Below, one piece after another: positions 1 to 10,027 of a stretch of 64,000 bases of DNA; within the stretch, counting starts at the first letter, position 1; each line of letters opens with the position of its first letter. The notes under the pieces were generated by a model, which saw only the letters and a program-made list of their open reading frames with translations, did no database searches and was not told the DNA's origin. The stretch covers positions 6,115 to 70,114 of the forward strand of contig CCZZQB010000055.1 of NCBI GenBank assembly GCA_973895155.1, in the 5' to 3' direction. Source of the stretch: Marsupella aquatica (Eukaryota > Plantae > Marchantiophyta). A program made the translations under genes and the position numbers.

Positions 1-1
1 A

Positions 2-2215
2 TCACCCCATAAGAAAAAAGATAAGAAGAAGAAACATTCCAAGAAGTCTAGAAGTGATAAGTCAAGCTCGGATAGTGGGAGTAGCAAGAGTGAGTCATCT
101 TCTAGTTCTGAAGAAGAAAAAACTAGGAAAAGGAAGGGCAGAAGGAGAGGGAAGACGAAAGTCAAGATGGAGGCTAAGCCACCAGATAACATCGTAGCCC
201 TTACCGAGCAACTTAAGGCTATCATTGCAGAGGTAAAACCAAAGAAGAAGGTAGTACAGGAGGATAGCTCTGTATGGTGTGCCTTATGTTATAAAACCGA
301 ACACCATAAAGATGCGTGTCCTAAGCTTAATACTAATCATGTTCGGCATGTGGCCGAGATCAGACCATGTCAGGGAGAAGTAGAGTACTTTTTGGGAGAT
401 GCCGCTGATAGTGTTTTCGGCATCAGTGAGACTGGAGCACGAGACCTATCCAACAGACCTGCATCTCTGTGGTCAGGATTAAGGAACAATCCAGGAGAGA
501 TGTATCCTCGGATTATTCAGAACCCGTCAGTACCTCCTAGGCCGAATGTGCAAAGATTTGCGGCGTGCTATAATTGTGGTCAACCTGGCCATTTTGCTAG
601 AGAATGCCCGAATGCACGCAAACAGGGTGATGGACAACCAGCTCAGCTATGTATGGGATGCCGACAGGAAGGTCATATGCTAGGGCAATGTCCTACTTGG
701 TTGGCAGGCCTGGCCGCAAATCATAAGCTTTTGCCGATCAAGATCTTACCGCCAGGTACTACCCCCGGAGGAGTTCAAATCAACCACATCGAACTAGGAT
801 GGCAAGAGGATGCCGAGGCAGAGTTCGTACCATTTGATGATGAGGCCGAAGCCCTATCAACCTTCTCAGAGGAGGATTTAGATCATGATTGCTACCGGGT
901 CTCTACTCGATCTACCAGAAGGAAGGAAAGGTGGGATGGGCTGGCCAAAAATAAAGGGAAGGTTACGGAGGAAAGGATCGACTCTTCGTCAACATCAACA
1001 GAAGGAGAAGGGAGGGCTCCGACAATACAGGTAAGCCATGAGCCCACCAGTGAAACCAATCCTTCACAAGATAGCGACTTCAATCGAGATCATCCTAAGT
1101 TGTTCTACCCCTCTGTTACGGCTAGTGTTAAGGAACAACTAAGAGAATTAGAAACCCTGGAGAATACCGAAGCCATTGCCAAGGATGTAAAACGAGCAAA
1201 AGCATTGTTTGCTTCGGAAGACCCAACAGCTGTGGAGACTAGCGTGGCAAAACTGGCCGAATCCAAGACGGAAACACCACCAGAAGAGAAGCCGATTGTT
1301 CCCTATGACCTGGCTAAAGATGTACTAGAATCTAGAGTCTCGGCAACAGTAGGTCAACTATTGAAAAATAGCCCGTACTTCCGGAAGCAATTAAGGAAGG
1401 CTATTCTCGGCAAGCCGAGATTACCCAAGGTAGCAACCAGATCCGACGTACTAATGATAGAAGAAGATCAAGGAGCCCCAGCATTACCATTAATGATTCA
1501 AGGAGAATTATTACTACGGGTACCCATCGATGGAGGATCAGGGGTATGTATTATGATTGATTCAACAGCAAAAGGGTGGGGTCTAACACCGGAGATGACT
1601 GGAAGAGTGTTGAACATGGCCAATGGATATCAGGTCATTCCGACGGGAGTGTTAACCGGCATCAAGACAGAGATAGGAGGTATCTTCTTTAGCATTAACT
1701 ATGTAGTAATGAAGCCGGTAAATCCTACGTCATTCCGGCTATTGATTGGTAGGCCATGGCTGTACCTAGCCGAGGTAATAGAAGATTGGGGTAAAAAGCA
1801 GTTCACTTTCGGGACCCCCTCTATCACGGTATCCTGGGACACTAAGGATGACCGTAGGAAAAGCATAAGGGAAGTAGATGGGTACGATAGTGGACTGGAG
1901 TCAGCCGATGAAGTACGTTGGTTAGAATGCCTCACTAACCTAACCGAAGAAGGTGTCTTTGGACCAGAGGTACCCCCCAGCGGATTATGGCAAGAACCAA
2001 TGGAAGGTGACTTGGAAGAAGAAGACGAAGAGGTCGAGGACTGCTTTACAATAGAATCCACCTTTTTAGCTGCAATTCCGGAGGAAGTTAAGGATGTAGA
2101 CCAATTGGATGAAACGGCTAAGTGGGGAGCAGTAGCAGGGACAATGGATTTTCTGCAGGCGTTGTGGCAGAGCCGACGGGGTCCACAACGCCATCGATCA
2201 TCGGCAAGGAATTAA
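2..2215 (+). CDS. gag: Gag-protease polyprotein (5' partial; frame open from base 2)
   Basis: K/S-rich linker; three CX2CX4HX4C knuckles (CALCYKTEHHKDAC, CYNCGQPGHFAREC, CMGCRQEGHMLGQC); aspartic protease motif PIDGGSGV and LLIGRPWL. Confidence 0.93.
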   Translation, partial: SPHKKKDKKKKHSKKSRSDKSSSDSGSSKSESSSSSEEEKTRKRKGRRRGKTKVKMEAKPPDNIVALTEQLKAIIAEVKPKKKVVQEDSSVWCALCYKTEHHKDACPKLNTNHVRHVAEIRPCQGEVEYFLGDAADSVFGISETGARDLSNRPASLWSGLRNNPGEMYPRIIQNPSVPPRPNVQRFAACYNCGQPGHFARECPNARKQGDGQPAQLCMGCRQEGHMLGQCPTWLAGLAANHKLLPIKILPPGTTPGGVQINHIELGWQEDAEAEFVPFDDEAEALSTFSEEDLDHDCYRVSTRSTRRKERWDGLAKNKGKVTEERIDSSSTSTEGEGRAPTIQVSHEPTSETNPSQDSDFNRDHPKLFYPSVTASVKEQLRELETLENTEAIAKDVKRAKALFASEDPTAVETSVAKLAESKTETPPEEKPIVPYDLAKDVLESRVSATVGQLLKNSPYFRKQLRKAILGKPRLPKVATRSDVLMIEEDQGAPALPLMIQGELLLRVPIDGGSGVCIMIDSTAKGWGLTPEMTGRVLNMANGYQVIPTGVLTGIKTEIGGIFFSINYVVMKPVNPTSFRLLIGRPWLYLAEVIEDWGKKQFTFGTPSITVSWDTKDDRRKSIREVDGYDSGLESADEVRWLECLTNLTEEGVFGPEVPPSGLWQEPMEGDLEEEDEEVEDCFTIESTFLAAIPEEVKDVDQLDETAKWGAVAGTMDFLQALWQSRRGPQRHRSSARN

Positions 2216-5200
2216 ATACCAAGGGATCGGCATACAAGCCGATTACGAGGGCAGAACAAATTGAGGCCCTATTAAAAGCCGAGAGAGCACAGCGGCCTAA
2301 CTCTCAGGAGCAAGAGGTGGATGAGATGGACAGACACGATCTAGAGCCAAGGCAGGAAGGGGAGCCGACCACTAATTCAAAACCGAATAGACCGGTAAGG
2401 GGACAATCTATGGACACCAAGGAAGGGACCGACTCGGCTAGTCCAGCCGAGATCCCAGTTTATGGAGGTATGAGATTAGAGAGACTGGAAGCCGAACTGG
2501 ACCCGAATTTGAAGAAGCAGATTAATATGATCCAAGCACGGCAATATCGGAAGCTCGACTTAGGAGAGGGAAGAGAACTGAACTTAGGGAGAAACCTAGC
2601 ACCTGAGCTCGAGAAAGAGATCAATGACTTATTGATTGAATTTCAGGATGTGTTTGCATGGAGTCACCAAGATCTAAAGGGAGTAGATCCAACACTAGGG
2701 GAACATCGAATTGATCTCATGTTAGGAGCCAAATCATTTCGACAACCAATTCGAAGGATGAACCCGAAGTATTCCCTGCTGGTCAAAACAGAAATCGACA
2801 AACTAGTGGAAGCTGGATTCATCACTCTAGTCCTGCATTCAGACTGGGTGTCTCCAATTGTGATAGTTCCCAAGAAAGCTGGACCCGATGGTAAACCCAA
2901 GATCCGGGTTTGTCAGGATTACAGGAAGCTGAATGAAGCAACATTAAAAGACCATTTTCCTTTACCGTTTACTGATATGGTACTAGACATGGTAGCCAGT
3001 CATGAACTATATTCATTCATGGATGGATACTCTGGTTATAACCAAATCAGGATTCGGCAGGAAGACCAAATCAAGACGGCCTTCATCACGGAATGGGGGA
3101 TCTATGTCTTCAATCGTATGCCGTTTGGACTCTGCAACGCACCAGCTATGTTCCAACGATTAATGGTGAACATTTTTCATGATTACTTGAGAAAGTTCAT
3201 GGAAATCTTCATTGATGACTTTGCAGTATTCGGGAAGGCATCGAAACATGCTAAATACCTCAGGAAAACCTTCATGAGATGTAGAGAGGTGGGTCTCAAG
3301 TTACACCCAGATAAATGTTTTTTTGCAGTAACCGAGGGGGTGCTACTAGGTCACAAGGTATCAAGGAAGGGCATTGAGATTGACAAAGGTAAGCTAGCAG
3401 TATGGCTAGATATCATGCAACCTAAGAACATAAAGGATGTAAGATCCTTCTTGGGATGCATTGGTTACTATCACCGGTTCATCAAGGATTTTGCCAAGCT
3501 AGCTTTACCATTAACCAATATGCTCAAGGCAGGAGCAGACTTCGAACCCACACCCGAACGAGTCACAGCGGTGGTAGAATTGAAGCAGATGTTAGTAGAG
3601 GCCCCAGTCATGATAGCACCGGACTGGAACAAAGATTTTCATGTTTTTGTAGATGTCTCGGGCTTCTGTATTGGCTCAGTACTAAGTCAGTTGGATGAGA
3701 AAGGAAGGGACCATCCCATATACTTCGCAAGCCGTCAGCTTGCCGATGCCGAACGGAACTACTCTACCACGGAAAGAGAAGCATTAGGAGTCATTTATTC
3801 TTGTAAAAAGTTTAGGCATTATTTACTAGGGTACAAGGTAATCTTTCATACTGATCATGAAAGTTTGAAGTACCTAGTCAATAAGCCGGACCTTACAGGC
3901 AGAGTAGCAAGATGGATTTTGCTATTACAGGAGTTTGACTATGAGCTGAGGATCAAGCCAGGAAAGTTACATGCCAATGCCGACTTCTTTTCAAGGATCA
4001 CAGGTAAACCTGCCACGGATTGCATCGATGATCGATTCCCCGACGAGGAGCTATTCGTTGTGGAAATAGCTGGTACATGGTACCCTGAGATTTTACAATT
4101 TCTCAGCACTTCCAGATTACAGCCAGGATTAAGCCGAGAGCAAGCCGCAGTCTTTGTGCGGAAGGTCAGACAGTATCAGTGCATTAAAGGCATACTGCAC
4201 AAGCATGGAATCAACGGCACGATTCAAAGGTGTTTGGAAAAGAGAGAGGTAAAACGAGTCCTACGGGCCATGCATGGAGAGGAGGCCGGAGGACATTTTG
4301 CCCCAGTAACCACATCTAAGAAGATATTAAATGCCGGTTACTGGTGGCCCACCTTGCACAAAGATGTCTATCAGTTTATCAAACAATGCGATCCTTGTCA
4401 ACGAGCGGGAGGACCAAGGGCGTCCACCAGGCATCCACTGCACCCTATTCTACCTCTGGCACCATTCGAGAAGTGGGGTATTGATTACATTGGACCTCTG
4501 AAACCACTGACCCACCCTCGACGGAACAAGTACATAATCCTGGCTACGGATTATGCAACTAAATGGGTAGAGGCCAGACCAACAACGAAGGATGATGCAA
4601 TTACTACGGCTAGATTCATGTATGAGCAGATCTTCACCAGGTATGGAGCACCCCTAGAATTAGTTAGTGATAGAGGAACCCATTTTTTGAATGATATAAT
4701 TAGTCGTTTAAATGAGCAGTATTTAGTTAAACATAGGCCTACTACTCCCTACCATCCAAAGGCAAACGGGTTGACAGAACGAGCAAACGGGATCATAGGA
4801 AAGATATTGAACAAGACAGTAGCTCAGAACAAACTCGATTGGGATGATAAATTGTTTGCTGCTGTTTTTGCTTACAATCTGGCCTATAAATCCACTACCG
4901 GTCATACACCCTTCTTCTTAACCTTTGGACAAGAAGCCCTGGTACCCATGCAACTTGAGATACCGACATTTCAAGTTACAATTGAGGAAAGAGCCTCAGC
5001 GGAGGAGAGCCTAAAGGAGCGAGAATATAGGTTAGAAGCTTTAGAGGAAGCGAGAATGATTTCAGCCGAGAGAGTAGAATATAGACAGAATATCATGAAG
5101 CAGCAGTATGATAAAAGGTTAAAAGTAGTTAGTATTCATACCGGTGATCTTGTGCTACTTTATGACAGTAGGTATAGTAGGTTTCCAGGAAAGCTTTACA

Positions 5201-5388
5201 CTCGCTGGTTAGGACCCTTTAGAGTAACCATGATGTTCCCCAATGGCTCCGTGCAATTGGCCAACATTACGGGAGAGGTATATCCAGTTCGCATCCATTA
5301 TGACCGCCTCAAGAAATACTATATGGACGAAGATGAAGTTGTTCGCGAGGACGCTTCACAATTAAGTGGGGAGCTATGTGATGCCTAG
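2122..5388 (+). CDS. pol: Pol (RT-RNase H-integrase), in the -1 frame relative to gag-PR
   Basis: RT motifs (DYRKLN, DGYSGYNQI, MPFGL, FIDD); RNase H (VDVSG, EREAL, TDH); integrase H..GHF..C..C, IDYIGP, SDRGTHF, ERAN. No internal stops. Confidence 0.97.
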   Translation: MGSSSRDNGFSAGVVAEPTGSTTPSIIGKELNTKGSAYKPITRAEQIEALLKAERAQRPNSQEQEVDEMDRHDLEPRQEGEPTTNSKPNRPVRGQSMDTKEGTDSASPAEIPVYGGMRLERLEAELDPNLKKQINMIQARQYRKLDLGEGRELNLGRNLAPELEKEINDLLIEFQDVFAWSHQDLKGVDPTLGEHRIDLMLGAKSFRQPIRRMNPKYSLLVKTEIDKLVEAGFITLVLHSDWVSPIVIVPKKAGPDGKPKIRVCQDYRKLNEATLKDHFPLPFTDMVLDMVASHELYSFMDGYSGYNQIRIRQEDQIKTAFITEWGIYVFNRMPFGLCNAPAMFQRLMVNIFHDYLRKFMEIFIDDFAVFGKASKHAKYLRKTFMRCREVGLKLHPDKCFFAVTEGVLLGHKVSRKGIEIDKGKLAVWLDIMQPKNIKDVRSFLGCIGYYHRFIKDFAKLALPLTNMLKAGADFEPTPERVTAVVELKQMLVEAPVMIAPDWNKDFHVFVDVSGFCIGSVLSQLDEKGRDHPIYFASRQLADAERNYSTTEREALGVIYSCKKFRHYLLGYKVIFHTDHESLKYLVNKPDLTGRVARWILLLQEFDYELRIKPGKLHANADFFSRITGKPATDCIDDRFPDEELFVVEIAGTWYPEILQFLSTSRLQPGLSREQAAVFVRKVRQYQCIKGILHKHGINGTIQRCLEKREVKRVLRAMHGEEAGGHFAPVTTSKKILNAGYWWPTLHKDVYQFIKQCDPCQRAGGPRASTRHPLHPILPLAPFEKWGIDYIGPLKPLTHPRRNKYIILATDYATKWVEARPTTKDDAITTARFMYEQIFTRYGAPLELVSDRGTHFLNDIISRLNEQYLVKHRPTTPYHPKANGLTERANGIIGKILNKTVAQNKLDWDDKLFAAVFAYNLAYKSTTGHTPFFLTFGQEALVPMQLEIPTFQVTIEERASAEESLKEREYRLEALEEARMISAERVEYRQNIMKQQYDKRLKVVSIHTGDLVLLYDSRYSRFPGKLYTRWLGPFRVTMMFPNGSVQLANITGEVYPVRIHYDRLKKYYMDEDEVVREDASQLSGELCDA
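2146..2205 (+). promoter_or_regulatory. Candidate -1 programmed ribosomal frameshift signal
   Basis: G_GAT_TTT at 2146-2152 in gag frame; 5-nt spacer; perfect 10-bp stem GGCGTTGTGG (2158-2167) / CCACAACGCC (2183-2192); loop GCCGA (2172-2176) can pair with TCGGC (2201-2205). Confidence 0.75.
5364..5376 (+). other. Polypurine tract
   Basis: AAGTGGGGAGCTA immediately before the LTR start TGTGATGCC. Confidence 0.8.
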
Positions 5389-8300
5389 ACAGGAATCACT
5401 CGACCGGTTAAGTGGGTAAAGCAGGAAGGCACCCTAGGAACACCTTAGTATAGTGACAAAACAAGGAAAATATAAACAATTAGGGGCAACCATGGAACCC
5501 GGGCAGAGGCCGGAGGTAAGGCTGAGGGTGAAAACCCGATTAGGGTTAGGGCGCGTTAAGCGTCGGCGGCTAGGAAGGATCAATGGGAAGAAGGACCGGC
5601 AGAGGAGAGGGGTAAGGAGCGCTTGCAGGAGATGGTGGCTCATTTGCGAGCACGAACTAGGCAGACGACTACGGGAGGCCAACTACTGTCAGCTGCTTAG
5701 GCAAGCACTCGGGGAGAGAGTAGATACCGACGATCGACCTAAGGAGGGTATGAGCAACGTCAATCAAGCGGCACATTTCTGGGGATGCCTGTTCGAACGG
5801 GCAACTGAGTACATCAAGACTTACGAGGACGAGGAGTCAGAAAGGGCAGCTCGAGAACGGCAGGAGCTCGCTCGATTGTGGGATCTGCACAAGACGGCTT
5901 TCTTAGGAGGCGAACTCATCAAGGACGAGTTCCTGTGGACGCCTACTTCCAATCAACTCGACGATCTTCTGTTTTGCAAAGACAGCATCGTCGGCATCTG
6001 AGAGGCCATCAAGAACTGCAACGACATACACTGGGAATTAAAGGGTAGCACGGAAAGGTGGACCCGGGCAACGGTGCTAGGAGAAACCTCCACGGCAGCA
6101 GAGATGAAGAGGAAGGGAGCCGTCAACGATGAAGCCACCCCGGCAAAAAGAACGAGGTCGGCGGCACCAAAGAAGCCAGCCGAGCAGCAGAGCAGGAGGC
6201 AGGGAGAAGCCGAAGAGGAGGAGGTCGATCCCATCAAGGCCATTCCAACCAGGGATGACACCTGGAAGGGCTGGGCGGCAACCCTACCGGTGGAGGTGCA
6301 ACTACATTTTGCATGGGAGGAGGATGCATGCTTTACGGCCATGCAGACCAAGAAGTACCAAGGCTTCATGGCCGGATCCGGCTTGGAGGCCTTTGTAAGA
6401 TTACCATGGCTGAAGCCGGAGGTACCGGAGTCAGACCTATTAGAATTCGTGGGGTCATGGGAACCCGAGACCAATTGCACGAGGATATATGGGAAGGATT
6501 TCTATCTTACTCCCAAGGTAATTGCCGAAGTGTTTGGCTTGCCGATGGGCAATAAGACCAAAGTTGATACCAGGAAGACCTTGCCTGACAAGGAGTTCCG
6601 GTCGTTCCCCGGGCCATCAACGAAGAATGGCTTCTTCCGGAACACCTGCACCAACCCGCACATAGGAGAGATGATCGACTTCTTGCGGGTGACCATGCAT
6701 TGTAACTTGCCGAGGGCAGAGATCGGCAAGGCACAGGTCTATCTGGCAGAAAGGCCAGACCCAAGCCGGGACTACAACGGGTACCTCCTCAACCAATTGA
6801 AGAAGATCTTAAAGGAGGAGCAGCAGGTAATCGGCATGGGGAGCGTGTCACGGCTTGGCTATCACATGCCGCTGTTGTGCCGGTATGCCAGAGGTCAGAC
6901 TTTTGCCCCGGTACTTCCCCTGCAGGTAAGGGCACCCGAGGAAGCTCCAACACCGAGGCCGTTGGCTGAGAAGCCTCCACCACCTGTTAGTCCTACGATC
7001 GAGCAAGTGTTTAGGCCCAGGAAGGAAGACTTGCCGATGCAGCAACCAGGCATGCAGAGTCTGCTGAAACTACTGGAGAAAGAAAAGAAATCGGCATCGG
7101 CAACAACAACGGCAACGGCAACAATGCAGGACACTACTACAGAGGTAGGCCTACACCGGCTCACAAGAGAAAACCCCTTTGCTGGAGACAAGGAGAGAAT
7201 CAGGCCGAAATCCAAGCCAGGTGTTCGAATGTACGTGGGAACCTCAAGCTCCGAATCTGAGGCAGAATTGCCTGAAGCTCCTACCGACGAAGAGGAGAGG
7301 GAGAAGCCGGACGTCCAAGAAGTAGAGGAGGCAGTGGAGGACTGCAGCCATGATAATTCCGGCTATGGGTCGGACCATGACATTCCAGGAGTAAGGACCT
7401 GTGGCCGGTTTGTCCCCACACTTCCAAGGGTAGTGCGAGGGGACCCCAACCAGCAGAGTAGCCCTGAGTCTCCCCCACCAGATGTTGCTCCCCCGAGCTT
7501 CGACGGCATAAAACAGACGGTGCAGGAATTTCAGGAGCGAATCAAGCAGGAGGAAGAGGCCGCCCTGGCTAAGGAAAAGGATTTACCAGGAGGACATTGG
7601 CCGGAGGACATCAGGCGGCTAGCCGAAAAAGGAAGCAAACCTCTAGCCACGATTGAAGAGATCCGCAGGACGGCGTGGGAGCAGAGGCCACGATGGGCGA
7701 TGCCGATCACTTCTACTTACTCCACCTACGCTAAGAATAGAGCCATGGAGTATGGTGAGATGTGTGGGGAACTTGCGCTCGGCATCTTTGGAGAGGAGTT
7801 GGAGGTAGGACCCTTTTTCCATAGGGAGCAGTTGGAGAAGCACCAATTAGAAGAAGCGGTGGCTTTAGAGAGAAGCAAGAAGGACGAGGTCATTTGGCGG
7901 CTTAGGAGGATGGGAGCCGAGATTGAAGATCTAAGGGCGGCCAAGAAAGCCCAAGATGAACTGCGGATTAAACGACATGAGCTGAACATCATGCAGGGGC
8001 AGTTGGACGCCGCGCAGGCTGATAATCAGAATATCAAGGATAAACTGACTCAGACGCAGGAAGAGTTGGCCGACACGATCAAAGAGAGGGAGAAGTGGAA
8101 GCAAGAGCTGAAGAATACAGAGGAGGCCCATATAACAGCCAACAGCCGGGCCATGGCGGAGACCCAAAGAAAGGAATGGGCGTTGAAAGGGGAGCTCGAG
8201 AAAATCCGCGGAGCCCTTGAGCAGAAGGAGGTCGAGTTAGGGAAATCCTATCAAGGGATTATGGCGCTGCAGCAGGAGCTTGCGTCCCTGACGGCCAGCT

Positions 8301-10027
8301 TCAAGGCCGACCTAAGGGAGAAGGACGAGATGCTCGAACAGACTTACGCCAAGATGAACCAGATGGAGTCTGTCATCATTGCAGAGCTCGACAAGGAGCT
8401 AAGAGCAACCCAGGAGGAGAGGGCTACCTTGAAGAAGGAATTGGAGGAAGCCCACAGGGAGCAGGAGGAGGCCAAAAACGAGCTGGAGGGGGCACGTAAG
8501 GACCTGGATGAAACCCAAGAGGAGTTGGAGGAAATCACGAGGAAGATGGAGAACCTACAGCGGCGGGCCGACAACCAAACAGAGCGGCTGAAGAAACAAG
8601 CCGCAGTATTTAAATGCTTAGCTGCAGCAGGTCCATCTCCCGTTGGGACAAACCAGTTACCAGGGGTGGTAATTGCTGAAGGACAAGCCGCGTCAACTGC
8701 ACCAGTGCCGGAAGTAAGTGGGAAGGGGAAGGGACCAGCTGCCGAGCCACCAACGAAGAAGAAGCGGAAACCTCCAGGGTCAAGGAGTAATACGACTTCA
8801 CAGGCCGTGGTGATCAAGGAGGTAGACCCAGCACCGACCCCAGACAGGGTCACGGCTAAGGATCCAACTACCCTAGGGGAAGGGGAGGCCGAAGCCGAGG
8901 GAGTGGCTGAAGCCGAAGCCGTGGGAGTGGCTGAGGCCGAAGCCGTGGGTATTGCCGAGGCCGGTGTCGAGGCTGAAGCCGAAGGTGGACCCAGTCAGGC
9001 CGATGGAGAGTTGACTCGGTCAAGGGCAGGTAATCTGTCAGTAGGCGGGCCAACGGCAGTGGCTGAGGAGGAAGTGTTGGGGGCATCCATTGAGGATCCA
9101 CCACCGGTGTCGTGACGGTGCAAGGGCACCGTTCCTTTTAGGGAAGGCGGACGTGGAGGGAGGAGGCGTGAGTGGGCAGGGCGGGCGCGGATCTCCACGT
9201 TTAGGATTAGGATCAGAACCAGGAGCGGCCCTGACACTTAGCTTAGTGGGATTGCGGTCCCACTGGTAGGAGCAACACTTGTGCTCCTGCCTTGCTGTAC
9301 ATAGGTAGATTCGGGCAAGTAGATTACTGTTAAGTAGATTAGGCTTACGATGCAAAGAATGGCGGATCCACTACCAGGATAAGTACCTGGGCAGCGGGGA
9401 GCTCAGGGCCTCTTCTTTAGCAAGTTTTTAGTTTGCACCAGCCGGGCTGGGATCAAGTAGTACGAGAAGCTCTCGGTTAGTCATACAGTGACCCTTGTGT
9501 ATATTCATGTTTCCTCATGCCTAAGAGCTGAATAGAGTTGGCCTCACGGCTTAGTTCGCAGAACTTGTGTATGAGATGTACTGTTTGTATGGCAAGTGCA
9601 TGGTATGATTCAGTCAGAATGAGTCATTTTGCTATTTGTGTGTCGCATTAACTTGTGTGAAGAGTGCCCACATCAACAGAAGGAAGGAAAGTAAGCAGGG
9701 GAGTGAGAGTTGGATGTGTCGAGCTGAGAGAGGTCTTAGCGGCTTAACCGAGCCTATTGGGGATCATTCCGGCGGCGGAATCCAAACATACCTAACAGGA
9801 AGACAGGGGAAGACAGGGGAAGGCCTATATTAGGTCGGCTACGTATCTCATGACCCGATGAAGGATCTGTCCAGTATATGTGTGTAAAATGTTAATAGTA
9901 GTAGTAGAAGGTTAGCAGCGTCCCATGCCGCTAAGCCGCGGAAACGGCCTCGCCAAGCACGAAACCTGCGGGAATCGGCTTGAGCTGGGGGGTTTCTTGG
10001 GTTTAGGGAGCCATGGGACGCACCACA
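5377..10027 (+). repeat. 3' LTR of element 1 (family A, copy A1, 4651 bp)
   Basis: Begins TGTGATGC and ends GCACCACA; the same boundaries recur at 37328-41908 (-) and 50337-54897 (+), and the 3' end recurs at 59386 (-); preceded by the PPT. Confidence 0.92.
5750..9115 (+). pseudogene. LTR-embedded ORF (about 1120 aa): conserved retroelement accessory domain plus acidic/Pro-rich linker and long coiled coil; one premature TGA at 5999-6001
   Basis: ORFs 5453-6001 and 6074-9115 are in one frame; the stop aligns with an Arg codon (CGG) in copy A3. Contains the LPW...EF...T..YG...LT...I..VFGLP motif. Confidence 0.85.

Larger units (their letters stand above)
1..10027 (+). mobile_element. Ty3/gypsy LTR retrotransposon, element 1 (non-chromovirus, Athila/Tat-like); 5' part lies outside the window
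   Basis: gag(CCHC)-PR-RT-RNaseH-INT order, PPT, then a TG...CA LTR at 5377-10027. No chromodomain or extra archaeal-type RNase H recognised. Confidence 0.95.

Noticed and set aside
5453-5749. N-terminal extension of the LTR ORF (MTKQGKY...)
   Set aside because: The GTG start and Arg-rich frame are not conserved as an open frame in A2 or A3; the conserved ATG is at 5750.
5740-5752. Shine-Dalgarno-like AAGGAGG before the LTR ORF ATG
   Set aside because: Spacing to the ATG is only 2 nt and the context is eukaryotic; likely chance.
5750-9115. env gene
   Set aside because: No signal peptide, hydrophobic transmembrane segment or furin/fusion-peptide pattern seen; the protein is charged and coiled-coil.
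5377-10027. Family A unit as an independent DNA transposon (7/8-bp terminal inverted match, large ORF)
   Set aside because: It directly follows a PPT and pol, has TG...CA ends and a 5-bp TSD as a solo copy, and the ORF has no DDE motif.
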